A stretch of DNA of 64,000 nt, from NCBI GenBank assembly GCA_038087875.1, contig CM075989.1, positions 16,804,001-16,868,000 of the forward strand, given 5' to 3'. Shown here one piece after another: positions 12,890 through 23,320 of this stretch; the first letter of the stretch is position 1, and each line of letters starts with the position of its first letter. The notes beneath the pieces were generated by a model that saw nothing but the letters and a program-made list of their open reading frames with translations, was not told the DNA's origin and made no database searches. The translations under genes were made by a program, and so were the position numbers. This stretch comes from Malacoraja senta (lineage: Eukaryota).

Positions 12890-13055
12890 TAAGAAGTGAA
12901 ATGTCTACAGAATTGGTACTGCTGATATTGAGATGGAATGCCCGGGGTGGGGCGGCGTTACTTCTGTGTCATTTCCCTTTCAGATCGAGAAGTGAGATCG
13001 AGATGGGAAATTGGTTTGCCCGCAACGTCAGTGCGTAAGCAGCGGGGAACCCCAA
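12890..13055 (+). promoter_or_regulatory. CpG-rich proximal promoter region of the BCL2A1-like gene with a candidate NF-kB site
   Basis: GGGGAACCCC (13044-13053) fits GGGRNNYYCC. Also a GC box GGGGCGG near 12949, CRE half-site CGTCA (13026-13030) and ETS/IRF-like AGAAGTGAAA near 12892. CpG density is locally high through exon 1. Confidence 0.45.
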
Positions 13056-13082
13056 CGCGGTCGTGAGCAGAGAATAAATATA

Positions 13083-13567
13083 ATGAGCGAGGATGTGATG
13101 CTTGGGTCGTCGCTGTTGACTGAGATGCAAGCGCCTGAAATGATTATGGGCTGCGAACATCCAAACTCGGAGGGGTTCTGCTACTTACTGGCGTTGGATT
13201 ATTTCCGCTTTGTGCTAGACGGCTCGGAGTCGCAGCCGGCGGCCAACAGAGCGGCTGAAACTCTGCGCCGCTCCGGCTCCTCGTTGCTCGCAGACGGCCA
13301 GGAATTACAGCGCTGCGTCGACAAATTAAACCTGGGGTCGTGGAAGAGACGAAGCGAGTGCTCCCCGACTTAATGAGAGAGGTCTACTCGGACGGGATTG
13401 ATAACTGGGGCAGGATTGTAACTTTGTACACTTTCTGTGGGGCCCTGGTCAGGCACTTGATAGAGAAGGGCGTTCCGGAGCGAGAGCTGATAGAAGAGGT
13501 AGCTCATTGTGTCGCCCAATACACTTGGACTCACCAAGCTGCGTGGATCAAAGAGAATGGAGGCTGG
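13083..13567 (+). CDS. BCL2A1: BCL2A1 (Bfl-1/A1)-like anti-apoptotic protein, coding exon 1 (1-nt deletion at ~13334-13340 in this sequence)
   Basis: N-terminal helix YLLALDYFRFVL resembles A1 YRLAQDYLQCVL. After the shift come BH1 EVYSDGIDNWGRIVTLYTF and BH2 WIKENGGW, then a phase-0 donor GTAAGA at 13568. It lies next to MTHFS on the same strand, as BCL2A1 does in tetrapods. The start could also be the ATG at 13146. Confidence 0.85.
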
Positions 13568-16117
13568 GTAAGAGGAAGATTTTGATCAACTTTGAACCAG
13601 TGTGCGCCCGCTCACGCGTCGTCATTTCAGTTTAAATGTTTGGTGGTGGGTTGTATTTTAGAGTCAGAGAGTCACACAGCATGGAAACAGGGCCTTCGGT
13701 CCAATAATGGTAAAGGGACAGGCAACTTGTCACCCCTCCCCACCCCACCACATCAAACCAAAGAAACGTGCCCACTGTTTCTTTATCTTATCTACTCATT
13801 AGATCTTGATTGACTGAAGGGACATTTTTTTGGTATTGGATTCATCATTTCAAATTAATCACTGTATGAAAAGCATTTTCCCAGATATCCTGTTTTCCAT
13901 TTATTCATTTTCATATTATGCTTTACCTTGAAATATTTTTCTGACCTCACTGCGTTGCCATTTAATACCTTGTTCACCTGTATGAACCCCTCCCCCCCCC
14001 TCCCCTCTTGTGACTGCTTTCAGAGGAAAATCAACACCTTTTAAAAAAAAATCAACTACCAAAACTCAATACTTTGATTCCGATTCTAAAGAAGGGTTCC
14101 TACCCAAAACGTCACATATCATTTTTCTCAAGAGATGCTGCCTGAATCACTGAGTTGTTCCTGCACTTTGTGTCTTAACTTTGATTCCAGCATTGGTCTC
14201 ACAGGTGCTCTGCATTACTTCTATGACCAATTATTTTACTGATGTTTTAGTAACTAAAAAACTAGGCCTAGGTGTAGCCTGATCCGATGTTATTATACAT
14301 CATCTAGTCTCCACTCAACTAGTCCAACACTGTAATCAAACATGCTATTGCAAATCCAAACTTACTAGATCTCTCCAACATCGATTACATGCTTGACATA
14401 TTGATTTTTCTCTTCCATTGGGTTTAACCTTCAGCTCATTTACTGACTATACATCTCTTGCTGAAGGTCTTGGCTGCAATGGTTTTGCTTTGGCCAGGTG
14501 CCATGGGTTGGACTTGGCCTGAGAGACCACTAGGTGTCAAATCTCACCAGTCCCTGTGAAGAAATTCTATAATCCATCAGCTCAAATGCCAATCAACAGC
14601 TGAACGGAGCCAGTGTTTCTTCATTTCCTGGTTCTGTGTGTGGCAGAGCCACCTGCTAACCTTTCCCATCCCAATGCCCTTATAACAAGCTTCCTTGTGG
14701 TAACATAGAAACAGTGAAGGTCAATTTGTCTGCAGTTTATTTATCAATTTACCTATTTATTTTAATAGCAAATAAGGATGAGCAGACATTTCTGTTGACT
14801 TGAATATATTGGTATTTTTTGCAGATTACGGTGTCCAAAAAAAATCTGTTTATAAAGGGAACTTTATTAATTTTGTTGCTTAGGCAATATGTAGAAGGCA
14901 GATGTTGAATTTTTTGAATATGTTGAATATTTTTTTTAACACCAAGATAAATTTATCATGATAAAGCTTATATGAAGGAGAATGTCTATCAAATGTAACA
15001 TTTAACAAACAGGACACTAATGTGTGTGTTGGTGTCAAAAACGCATTGCTAACTAACAAGGAAGAGTGAGGAGGTTATAAGTGGTAATTCTGAGTTCCTC
15101 TTCTTACTAGTGCCCTGGTGTGGGTCCGTTGGTTGAACCTGTGTGGTAACAGCACAATACCATGTTGCTGGATTATCTGTACATCAGTCAGCTGGATGAC
15201 CTAAACATTTCACTCACCTCTACAAAACTCTGTTATATCTTTCTCTGATAATATCTTTCCAGTAGTGGGAGAGTCTAAGACCAGAGGACCCAGCTTCAGA
15301 ATAAAAGGTCGTACCTTTTAAATAGAGATGAGGAAGAATTTATTTACAATTATTTTATGAGGAAGAATTTATAAGCTGGAGGTTGGTGAGTCTGTGGAAT
15401 TCGTTGTCACAGATGGCAGTGGAGGCCATTGGGTATTTTATAGGCAGAGATTGGCAGGTTCTTGCTTAGTAAGGCCGTCAAAGGTTATTGGAAAAGACAG
15501 AATGAGGATGAGAGGGTAAAATAAGGTGGAAGAAAGAAAACATTGAACTGTTGGCAAATTAGTGTGACCCTCAAAGATGGGGACTTGCTCAAATGCATTA
15601 TCAAAGACTTCCTAGCAGGAAAAGATTTAATAGGAATCTGAGGGGTAACTTTTTCACACAAAGGGTGGTGAGTGTATGGAACAAGCTGCCAAAGGAGGTA
15701 GTTGAGGCTGGGACTATCCCAACGTTTAAGAAACAGTTTGGCAGGTACATGGATAGGACAAGTTTGGAGTGATATGGACAAAACGCAGGCAGGTGGGACT
15801 AGTGTAGCTGGGATATTTTGACCGGTGTGGCAAGTTGGTCTGAAGGGCCTGTTTCCACACTGTATCACTCTATGACCCCCATGACTAGAAAAATCACAAT
15901 TTGATTAAACAGGTAAAGGTTTGGTAAATGTTAAAAATTGAGTTTGACACATCTGCTGGAGTTTTTGTTTGGATGTATTAATTGGGGCTGATGTGAGGGG
16001 ATGCCCTCAACATTTATTATGGTAAACTATAACACAAACTGTAAAACTGACTCCATGTTTAAAGTAATGTGCAGAAATACTTTACATTTATTGATGTTAA
16101 ATGTACTCTTCTAACAG

Positions 16118-16231
16118 GAGAAAGGATTTGTGGACCACTTCCAGCAGAAAAAGAATCCGCATTTATATGCCAAGATAGCTGCTTTCACGGGGATTGTTGC
16201 TGCCTTTTCCTTTGTGATCTACCAGCATTGA
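16118..16231 (+). CDS. BCL2A1: BCL2A1-like coding exon 2 (EKGFVDHFQQKKNPHLYAKIAAFTGIVAAFSFVIYQH*)
   Basis: Acceptor TCTTCTAACAG (AG at 16116-16117). It continues BH2 as GGW|EKGFVDHF (compare A1 GGW|ENGFVKKF), then a hydrophobic tail and TGA at 16229-16231. Confidence 0.85.
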   Translation, partial: EKGFVDHFQQKKNPHLYAKIAAFTGIVAAFSFVIYQH

Positions 16232-16373
16232 AAACGTGGGAGTGGATTCCACACATCAGAAACCTAAGCAGCAGGTGACCATTATCCTTGAACTGACAAC
16301 CTGGCACAGGACTTGGTCTAATTAACTTTTGTGAAGTTTGTTGCATCTGAGCAAAGATGAAGAATTTATGTGC

Positions 16374-16379
16374 AATAAA
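16374..16379 (+). terminator. Candidate polyadenylation signal of the BCL2A1-like gene
   Basis: AATAAA ~140 nt after the stop codon, followed by T-rich sequence. Confidence 0.5.
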
Positions 16380-18359
16380 ATTAAACTTATTTTATGGCAA
16401 TTGGAATTTAGTTTTATTTTCAATAAGTAAACAATGAGAAATAAATATTTGTGTTTATATATTCCTATTATGGGAACTCAGGATGTCTCAACTGTTCACT
16501 ATTCTTTAGTGCGATTTATAATTTTTCTCTTTGTGGTTCACAATTTTATTCAATTTTGTGCCATCCATGTACTGTATTTCCAATCTCAGGTCATTAATAT
16601 AGATCATAAAAAGCCACGGTCCTAACAACAATTCCATGGGAATGGTTAACAATGTCTTTTTTATGCCATGTGTTTCAGCCTTACTAATAAGCTTGTTATG
16701 CAGCACCTTATCAATAGTGTTCTGGAAGTCCATGTCCTTCTTCTAGGGCAGTCCCTCGGAATTGAGGATGACTTGCTAACACTCTGGTTTTGTGGTTGTG
16801 ATGTAGTTAATGAGGCTAGCCTGAGTACTGCTGTCTCTATGCAAGAGGGAGCTGATGAGGCAGGTAGATAATTTCTGTCATGGTATGATCCCTCTGCCAC
16901 TTGCACAGTGCCTCTGTGTGCTCCTGATTCATACCCTTGAGGTTCTCAGTACCATCCCAAATACTGCTTCTCTGCTTTGGACAGCCATGGGTCAGAGGCA
17001 GCTAAGAGCCAGTGCAAATGTTGCACTTCCTCAAAGATCCCTGAATCTACCCCTCTGTCTGTTTGGTACATCACATCTACTTTATTATCTTCACCAAATC
17101 CATCTTTCACCACATCAAACATAATTAAGCCTGACCTGGCTTGTTTAATCCATTTCCCACAGGCAAAAAATAATCCTATCATGGATTAATGCCTCAAATT
17201 GAAGACAGATGGAAAGTTCTCATTTAGTACCTTAGCACATTTGTGCACAGGTTTTCATTTTTTGCCCTCAGTAGTCTCACTCGTCCATATACCCCACATC
17301 ATCACAATATCACAATATTTAGATTATCAAAGGAAAAGGAGACAAAAATAATGAGTAATAAACCAAGCTGCTGGAGGAATTTAGGGAGGAACTTAGCAAG
17401 CCACACATCTTCTGTGCAGTGGAATGATAAATGATGTTTCGGATCAGGATCCATCTTTAGTTCCTACAACGCTATGTTTTTAGCTCAAGATTCCAGCAAC
17501 TACAATCTCTTGCGATTCAGATGCAAAATGAATTATTTGAGGGAGGTCAATTTGCAGTGGAATGAGAATGCAAATTGTTATCAAAAATTGACGGGAAAAC
17601 TTTGGCCGAACAATGGGCTGTCTTTTAAGCCATAGATAATTCAGGTAAGGTCGAGATGCCACCCCTCCGCATTCCTTTCTTTCCATATCCTTCCCGAACA
17701 CAAAGCGGAAATATATGCACTGACCAGTTCTGCCTCTTTTGGAGCCAAGTTTCTGTTACTGTAACCATATATTTCCACTTGAATGTCTGTGCCGAAAGTT
17801 CCCCAACTTAATTTCCCACACTCTACGGTACATATCAAATTTGTTTTTATTTTCATTTTCACTAAACCCAGCAAAATTCTTAGGTTCATGTAATCTTATG
17901 TGAATTGTCTATTTTTTCTTTGCTCTTTTAAATCCTAGTATTTCTCCTTGCACTCATTCAATTTCCTGCTGCACTCTTATGCTTGTACACTCTTTGTTAG
18001 CCTTGGCTGACGTAACAGAAGACTGGAGGTAGTAAATATTTTTCTTTTATTCCGAAATAGCAGTGGGAATAGATCATAATTCCCCTAATACTGATGTAAG
18101 GCTCAACAACCCGCAATAGGGGAATTACGGTGAAAAAACCTTTACATGTCAGGTTTCATGATCTTTGGAAAGGCGGGGACTATGATTTGATGGAGGCAGC
18201 TTTGTTTATTGCTGGAGAATTTCACTCACAAATTTGTTTGAATATTTGAGGAAGTAATTAAGAAAATGATAAAGGCAGCGCATTCAATGTGGTATTGGTG
18301 GGCGTTATCAGGGTTTTTGACATGCTCATGCACGGTAGGCTGGTCCAGGAAGTTAAAGC

Positions 18360-18960
18360 AGTTCAGTTCAATTTATTGTCACGTGTACCAAGGTATAGTG
18401 AAAAGCCTTTGTTGTGTGCTAACCAGCCAACGGAAAGACAATACATTCTAATCGAGCCATTGTCAGTGTACATACATGATAAGGGAATAACGTTTAGTGC
18501 AAGGTAAAGCCAGTAAAGTCCGATCAAATATAGTCCGAGGGTCCCCGATGAGGTAGATTGTAGTTCAGGACTGCTCTCTGGTTATGGTAGGATGGTTCAG
18601 TTGCCTGAGAACAGCTGGGAATAAACTCCTTGAATCTGGAGGTGTTCGTTTTCACACTTCTATACCTTTTGCTCGATGGGGGAGGGGAGAAGAGGGAGTG
18701 GCCAGGGTGCGACTCGGCCTTGCTGAGGCAGCATGAGGTAGAGTCAATGGAAGGGAAGTTGGTTTGTGTGATGGTCTGGGCTGCGTCCACAATTTGCCGC
18801 AATTTATTGCGGTCTTGGATGGAGCTGTTCCCAAACCAAGCTGTGATGCATCCTGATAAAATGCTTTCTCCGACTTTCTCTGTAGAAGTTGGAGGGGACA
18901 TGCTGAATGTCCTAAGCTTTCTTAGGAAGTAGAAGTGTTGGTGCGCTTACTTGGTCGTTA
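18360..18960 (-). mobile_element. Rex1/Babar-clade LINE 3' fragment
   Basis: ORF 18524-18901: ESILSGCITAWFGNSSIQDRNKLRQIVDAAQTIT...SHPGHSLFSPPPSSKRYRSVKTNTSRFK. The tail appears on + as TTTATTGTCAC at ~18372. Confidence 0.8.
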
Positions 18961-20123
18961 AATCAGTATGGCTGGTTAGTACATTTCAAGAAAAGTTTCA
19001 AGAGATGTCTAAGAAACACAAAATTTGGAATTTGTTGAATTTTGAGAGATGATTGGCAATTATTGGTGAATATCCCAATGTTAGTTGTGACTCCAGCAGT
19101 CACAATTGTGTAATCATTCGTGCATCCCTTCAACACCTAGTGAGTAGGTGATTTTGGTTTGGGTTTATTTCGGTCATGTGTATGAAGGTACAGTGAAAAG
19201 CTTTGTTTGCATGTTATCCAAACTAATCAGATATACTCTCCAAGGACACAATCAAGTCAAACCATGGACAATACACGATACGATAGAACTTTATTTATCC
19301 CAGGAGGGAAATTGATCTGCCAACAGTCATTAAACACAAAATACATGAACCATGAAATTAAAGTGCTGAGTGGAAAGGATTGGGGGATGTGCAAAGATTG
19401 GGGAGAGGAGTTTGTTTACCCCATGACGGAGGGAGGGGGGTGGAGTTGTATTTTGATCGCCACAGGGAAGAAGGATCCTCTGTGGGATTCTGTACTGAAT
19501 CTTGGTGGAACCAGTCTGTTGCTGATGGTACTCCTCAGGTTGACCAGTGTGTCATGGAGGAGCACATATATAGAGCATAGGGGAAGATACAGGTTTCAGA
19601 ATATATTTCTCAGCATTGTATCTCATCAGTTCCATAAACAAAAGGACAATACCTTAGCTTATTGTTCAGAAGCCTTATTAACAGAGGGGAAGAAGTTTAA
19701 AAGAAAGATGACTGATTTAGCTCCTGAGATACTACCTAGCTGAATCTTGGAGTGTTTCCTGTCATTAAAGCTATGCCAGAGTATGTGCTTCACAAAAGCT
19801 ATATGTTTACCATGCGTCTCACGGCAGAGAGGAAGGCTGAATGACCATTTGTGTCATCTCCATTCTAAAGGTACGCCCTTTTATTCAGAGGCTGTGCCCT
19901 CTGGTCCCACTGAAAACATCCTTTTCATGTCCACTCTATCTAGGCTGTTCATTATTCAGTTCATTGCACTCTGGCTCTTTGCCATGCCCTGCAAAAAATC
20001 ATTTACACCTTCCTTTGCAAAAGTTACCAATTATCTTTCTGCATCATGATTCCTGCTCAAAACAGGAGAGAGGGGGTAGGGAGAGAGGGGGGGGGGGGGG
20101 AGGAGGAGGAAAGAGAGGGAGGT

Positions 20124-20323
20124 NNNNNNNNNNNNNNNNNNNNNNNNNNNNNNNNNNNNNNNNNNNNNNNNNNNNNNNNNNNNNNNNNNNNNNNNNNNNN
20201 NNNNNNNNNNNNNNNNNNNNNNNNNNNNNNNNNNNNNNNNNNNNNNNNNNNNNNNNNNNNNNNNNNNNNNNNNNNNNNNNNNNNNNNNNNNNNNNNNNNN
20301 NNNNNNNNNNNNNNNNNNNNNNN
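20124..20323. other. Assembly gap (200 N)
   Basis: A run of N, flanked on the left by G/GA-rich low-complexity sequence. Confidence 1.
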
Positions 20324-20344
20324 ATCATGGTCTGTTTGCCTACA

Positions 20345-21380
20345 AGTACAAAAAAGAAAGGCACCAGTTCCTATACTTGCTCCCTCACCTCCACCCAGGG
20401 TCCCCAGCAATCTTTCAAGGTGACACCTGTACTTATACTTGCTCCTTAACCTTCATCCAGGGACCACAGCAGTCCTTTCAGGTGACACCTGTCCATATAC
20501 CTTCTCTCTCATCTCCATCTTGGCACCCCCGCAGTCCTTCCAGGTGAGACAGAGGTTCACGTGCACTTCCTCTAACCTCATCTACTGCACCGGTGTTCCC
20601 GATATGGCCTCCTGGACACTGGCTTGGCTGAGACCAAGTGTAGACTTGCCGACTGTTTTGTCGAACACTTGCGCTCTATCTGCCAAGGTCTACTGAATCT
20701 CCTGTTGGTTAACCTTTTTAATATCTCTTCCAATTCCTTTAAAAAAATATATATATATTTATTTTTATTAGAAGCAATTGTACAAGAATAAAACATTCGG
20801 CATGTAAAATTATACAATTATTGTACAGCCTCAATTTTGACCTTTTAACCTGAAAATGAGAAAGAAGAAGAGAAGGAAAAAGTGAAAAGTGAAAAGATAG
20901 GACTACCCTAGACTACCAAAGTAGTGTGGCCAAAGAGTGAGTAAAGATATAAGAGAGGAAAAGGAAAAAAAAGAGAAAAAAGTGGAGATATACCTGTCCC
21001 TCGTACCCCCCCCCCTAACCCACCTCACCCAACCCATAGTTGGATTTAAATCCATATTTGTGTTGCTCCATACTATCCTTGTAAGAATTTGGTAAAGGGT
21101 GTCCATGTCTTGAAAATTGATCTAGTTTTTCTGCCAAGACAAGCCTAATATTTTCCAAATGTAGTGTCTCGGACATGTTTGTAATCCACATCTATCTCTT
21201 CCAATTCCCATAGCAACTTTTCTGTCCTGGACCTCCTCCAATCTCCCCCCCCCCCCCCTCCCTCACCTGGCACCTATTTCCCCCCATCAGCTTAGACCTA
21301 CATTCCTTCTTTAGCATCACAATTCGCCACTCTTCAAATCTGATGTCTTAACATCTTCCGTCTTTTCATCGCTTCCCTTT
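20345..21380 (+). mobile_element. Penelope-like element fragment (GIY-YIG region), interrupted by an L1 3' end
   Basis: TCPYTFSLISILAPPQSFQVRQRFTCTSSNLIYC in ORF 20439-20696; a ~63-bp unit occurs three times at ~20365-20545. Confidence 0.65.
20738..21192 (-). mobile_element. Short 5'-truncated L1-like insertion
   Basis: The minus strand encodes WITNMSETLHLENIRLVL, matching WIIEMTETLHLERIRLVL in the L1 at 2189-2566. 16-bp TSD TATCTCTTCCAATTCC at 20722-20737 and 21193-21208. Confidence 0.8.
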
Positions 21381-21713
21381 GTCCAATCATCTGCAACTTT
21401 TTATCCAGCATCATTTCCACCGGCCACATGCTCCTCCATGGTGTAGGAAGGAACTGCAGATGCTGGTTTAAACTGAAGAAGGGTCTCGACCCGAAGTGTC
21501 CTCCATGGTTCTGCAGTTTTCTATGTAGTTATTCCATTCCCTTTTCAAAATTATTATTCAATTTCCATCCACCACCCTTACATTCAGAACATTTTCAACC
21601 CAGGACAACATGGTGACTTCTGCAATTATCAAATTAGTTGATTAACTTAAATTAAAACCTTTTATGTGCCTTTCTACATCATTCCAACTGATTAGCTCTT
21701 TTTTTCCTTTCAG

Positions 21714-21976
21714 TTACTGGCTCATCCCAAGTACCAGAACTGCCAAAGAGTTGCTGTCTTTCTGAGCATGTCTGATGAAATTCAGACAGAAGATATAATA
21801 AAAAGATGTGTTCCAATGTGGAAAACAGTGTTTCATTCCACGGTACAAGACTGGAAGCAACCACATGGATATGGTAAAGCTCAGCTCAGCTGAAGAAATC
21901 CACAACCTGCCCCTGACTTCCTGGAACATTCACCAGCCTGCAGAAGATGTGTTGCTGGAAGAGGCTCTAACCACAG
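21714..21976 (+). CDS. MTHFS: 5-formyltetrahydrofolate cyclo-ligase (MTHFS) exon 2, with one extra A in the A-run at 21800-21804
   Basis: Acceptor TTTTCCTTTCAG, then [30 protein letters not shown] / [57 protein letters not shown], collinear with vertebrate MTHFS. Donor GT at 21977; phase 1 after removing the extra base. Confidence 0.92.
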
Positions 21977-22394
21977 GTTGGTAATTAACTTGGGAATTTA
22001 TTGCTTTTGGACTTTAAACATCTTATTCTTAAGGATTTTACTGAGGCATGGGGCTCTTACACTTGGTTCTCCACATCACAAAGACCTCGAACTCTGTATC
22101 ATCACATATCTTTGCGTTGCCTCAGTCCAAGTTCAGCTGAAATCTTTACCCATCGGTTTGTTCTCTTTAAATTTCGTAACTCCGATGCTGCCTTTGCTGG
22201 CCTCCCATCTTCCACCCTTCATAAATCCCTGTACTGGTAAACTGTGTGTTGACTACTAAAGCAGCAACGCCATGATTTTAAATTTCAACTATGTTCAAAT
22301 AACCCTTCCTGCAATTCCCCTGTTCCCAATTAAGCAACATCCATTCCTCCAACTCAACTTCTGCTGTTAAATCCTTTAGTCTTAAAATATGTGT

Positions 22395-23320
22395 CGGTGG
22401 GGGTGCTGCAAGCCGGCAGCCCTGCCAGCAGCGTTAGTTTTTCTACTTTTTTTTGTTTTTTTTAGTGTGTCCTAATGTGTGTTTTTGGTGTCTCTCTGTG
22501 TGTCTTGTGTGGGGGGTGGTGTGGGGGCTAAGGGGGAAACCGCTTTAGTCGCCTCCTCCACTTTTTCCATGTCGCCTCCCCCGTGGCCTAACAGAAAGGA
22601 TCAGTGCGGCCTTTCCCGGAGACGTGCCCGGGGCTTCAGCGGCAAGCGCAGCGCGGACTCTCGTCGCGGAGCGGGCGAGCCCTCACCGGGGGTCGCCGGA
22701 GGGGAGCGCTCCCGTTTGCTGGCCCGCGGCAGCCTGAAGCCGCGGTGTGCGGAGCTCCAGCTAGCGCAGCGTCCGCAGCCTGGGATCCCACGTTGGGGAC
22801 CTGGGAGGAGAAGAGCTCCAACGGCCGGACCGCGGCCAACTTTTCTACCGCGGGCGCGGGCGGGGACATACCATCCGGAGCGGGGTCCCTCGCGGGGACC
22901 CCTGGAGAGGAGCTCCGACCGCCGGCCCTGCGGTCTGCGGTGCTGCCGGCTGCAGCGCGGCGGGGACTTTAGATCTTCGAACCGCCGGCCTGCGGCCTAC
23001 ACCAACCTGAAGACGTGGTCTCCGGTGGGGAGGCACCAATTCAGGGACTTACCTGGAATTTACCTGGACTTTACCTTGTCTACACATCTGGACGCCCGCA
23101 GCGGCGGCTGCGGAGGGTTGAGGTCCCGACCACGGGGGGAAATGGAGGAGGACTGGCCAAATTTTGTGCCTTCCACCACAGTGATGAATGCTGTGGTGGA
23201 TGTTTGTGTTAAATTTTTATTGTGTTTTTGTGTGTTATTTTTTCATTGTACTGCTGCTGGCAAATTCATTTCACTTGCACTTTATGAGCAAGTGACGAAT
23301 AAAACTGATTGATTGATTGA
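22395..23320 (+). mobile_element. CpG-rich non-coding retroposon (SINE-like) with a Rex1-type 3' tail, inside MTHFS intron 2
   Basis: Ends GTGACGAATAAAAC(TGAT)n. It shares a TCCACCACAG...CTGTGGTGGA hairpin and 3' end with elements at ~49453-49693, ~54010-54755 and 55283-55732. Confidence 0.6.

Noticed and set aside
17560..17650. CAG|GTAAGG donor as a possible MTHFS exon 1
   Set aside because: There is an in-frame TAG just upstream in phase 0 and no similarity to the MTHFS N-terminus; a non-coding exon cannot be excluded.
19841..20449. ORFs spanning the N run
   Set aside because: Artefacts of translating through the assembly gap.
22479..23312. 277-aa ORF and overlapping ORFs in the GC-rich block
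   Set aside because: Arg/Gly/Pro-rich with no recognisable domain; long ORFs on both strands are expected at this GC content, and it lies within a retroposon with a (TGAT)n tail.
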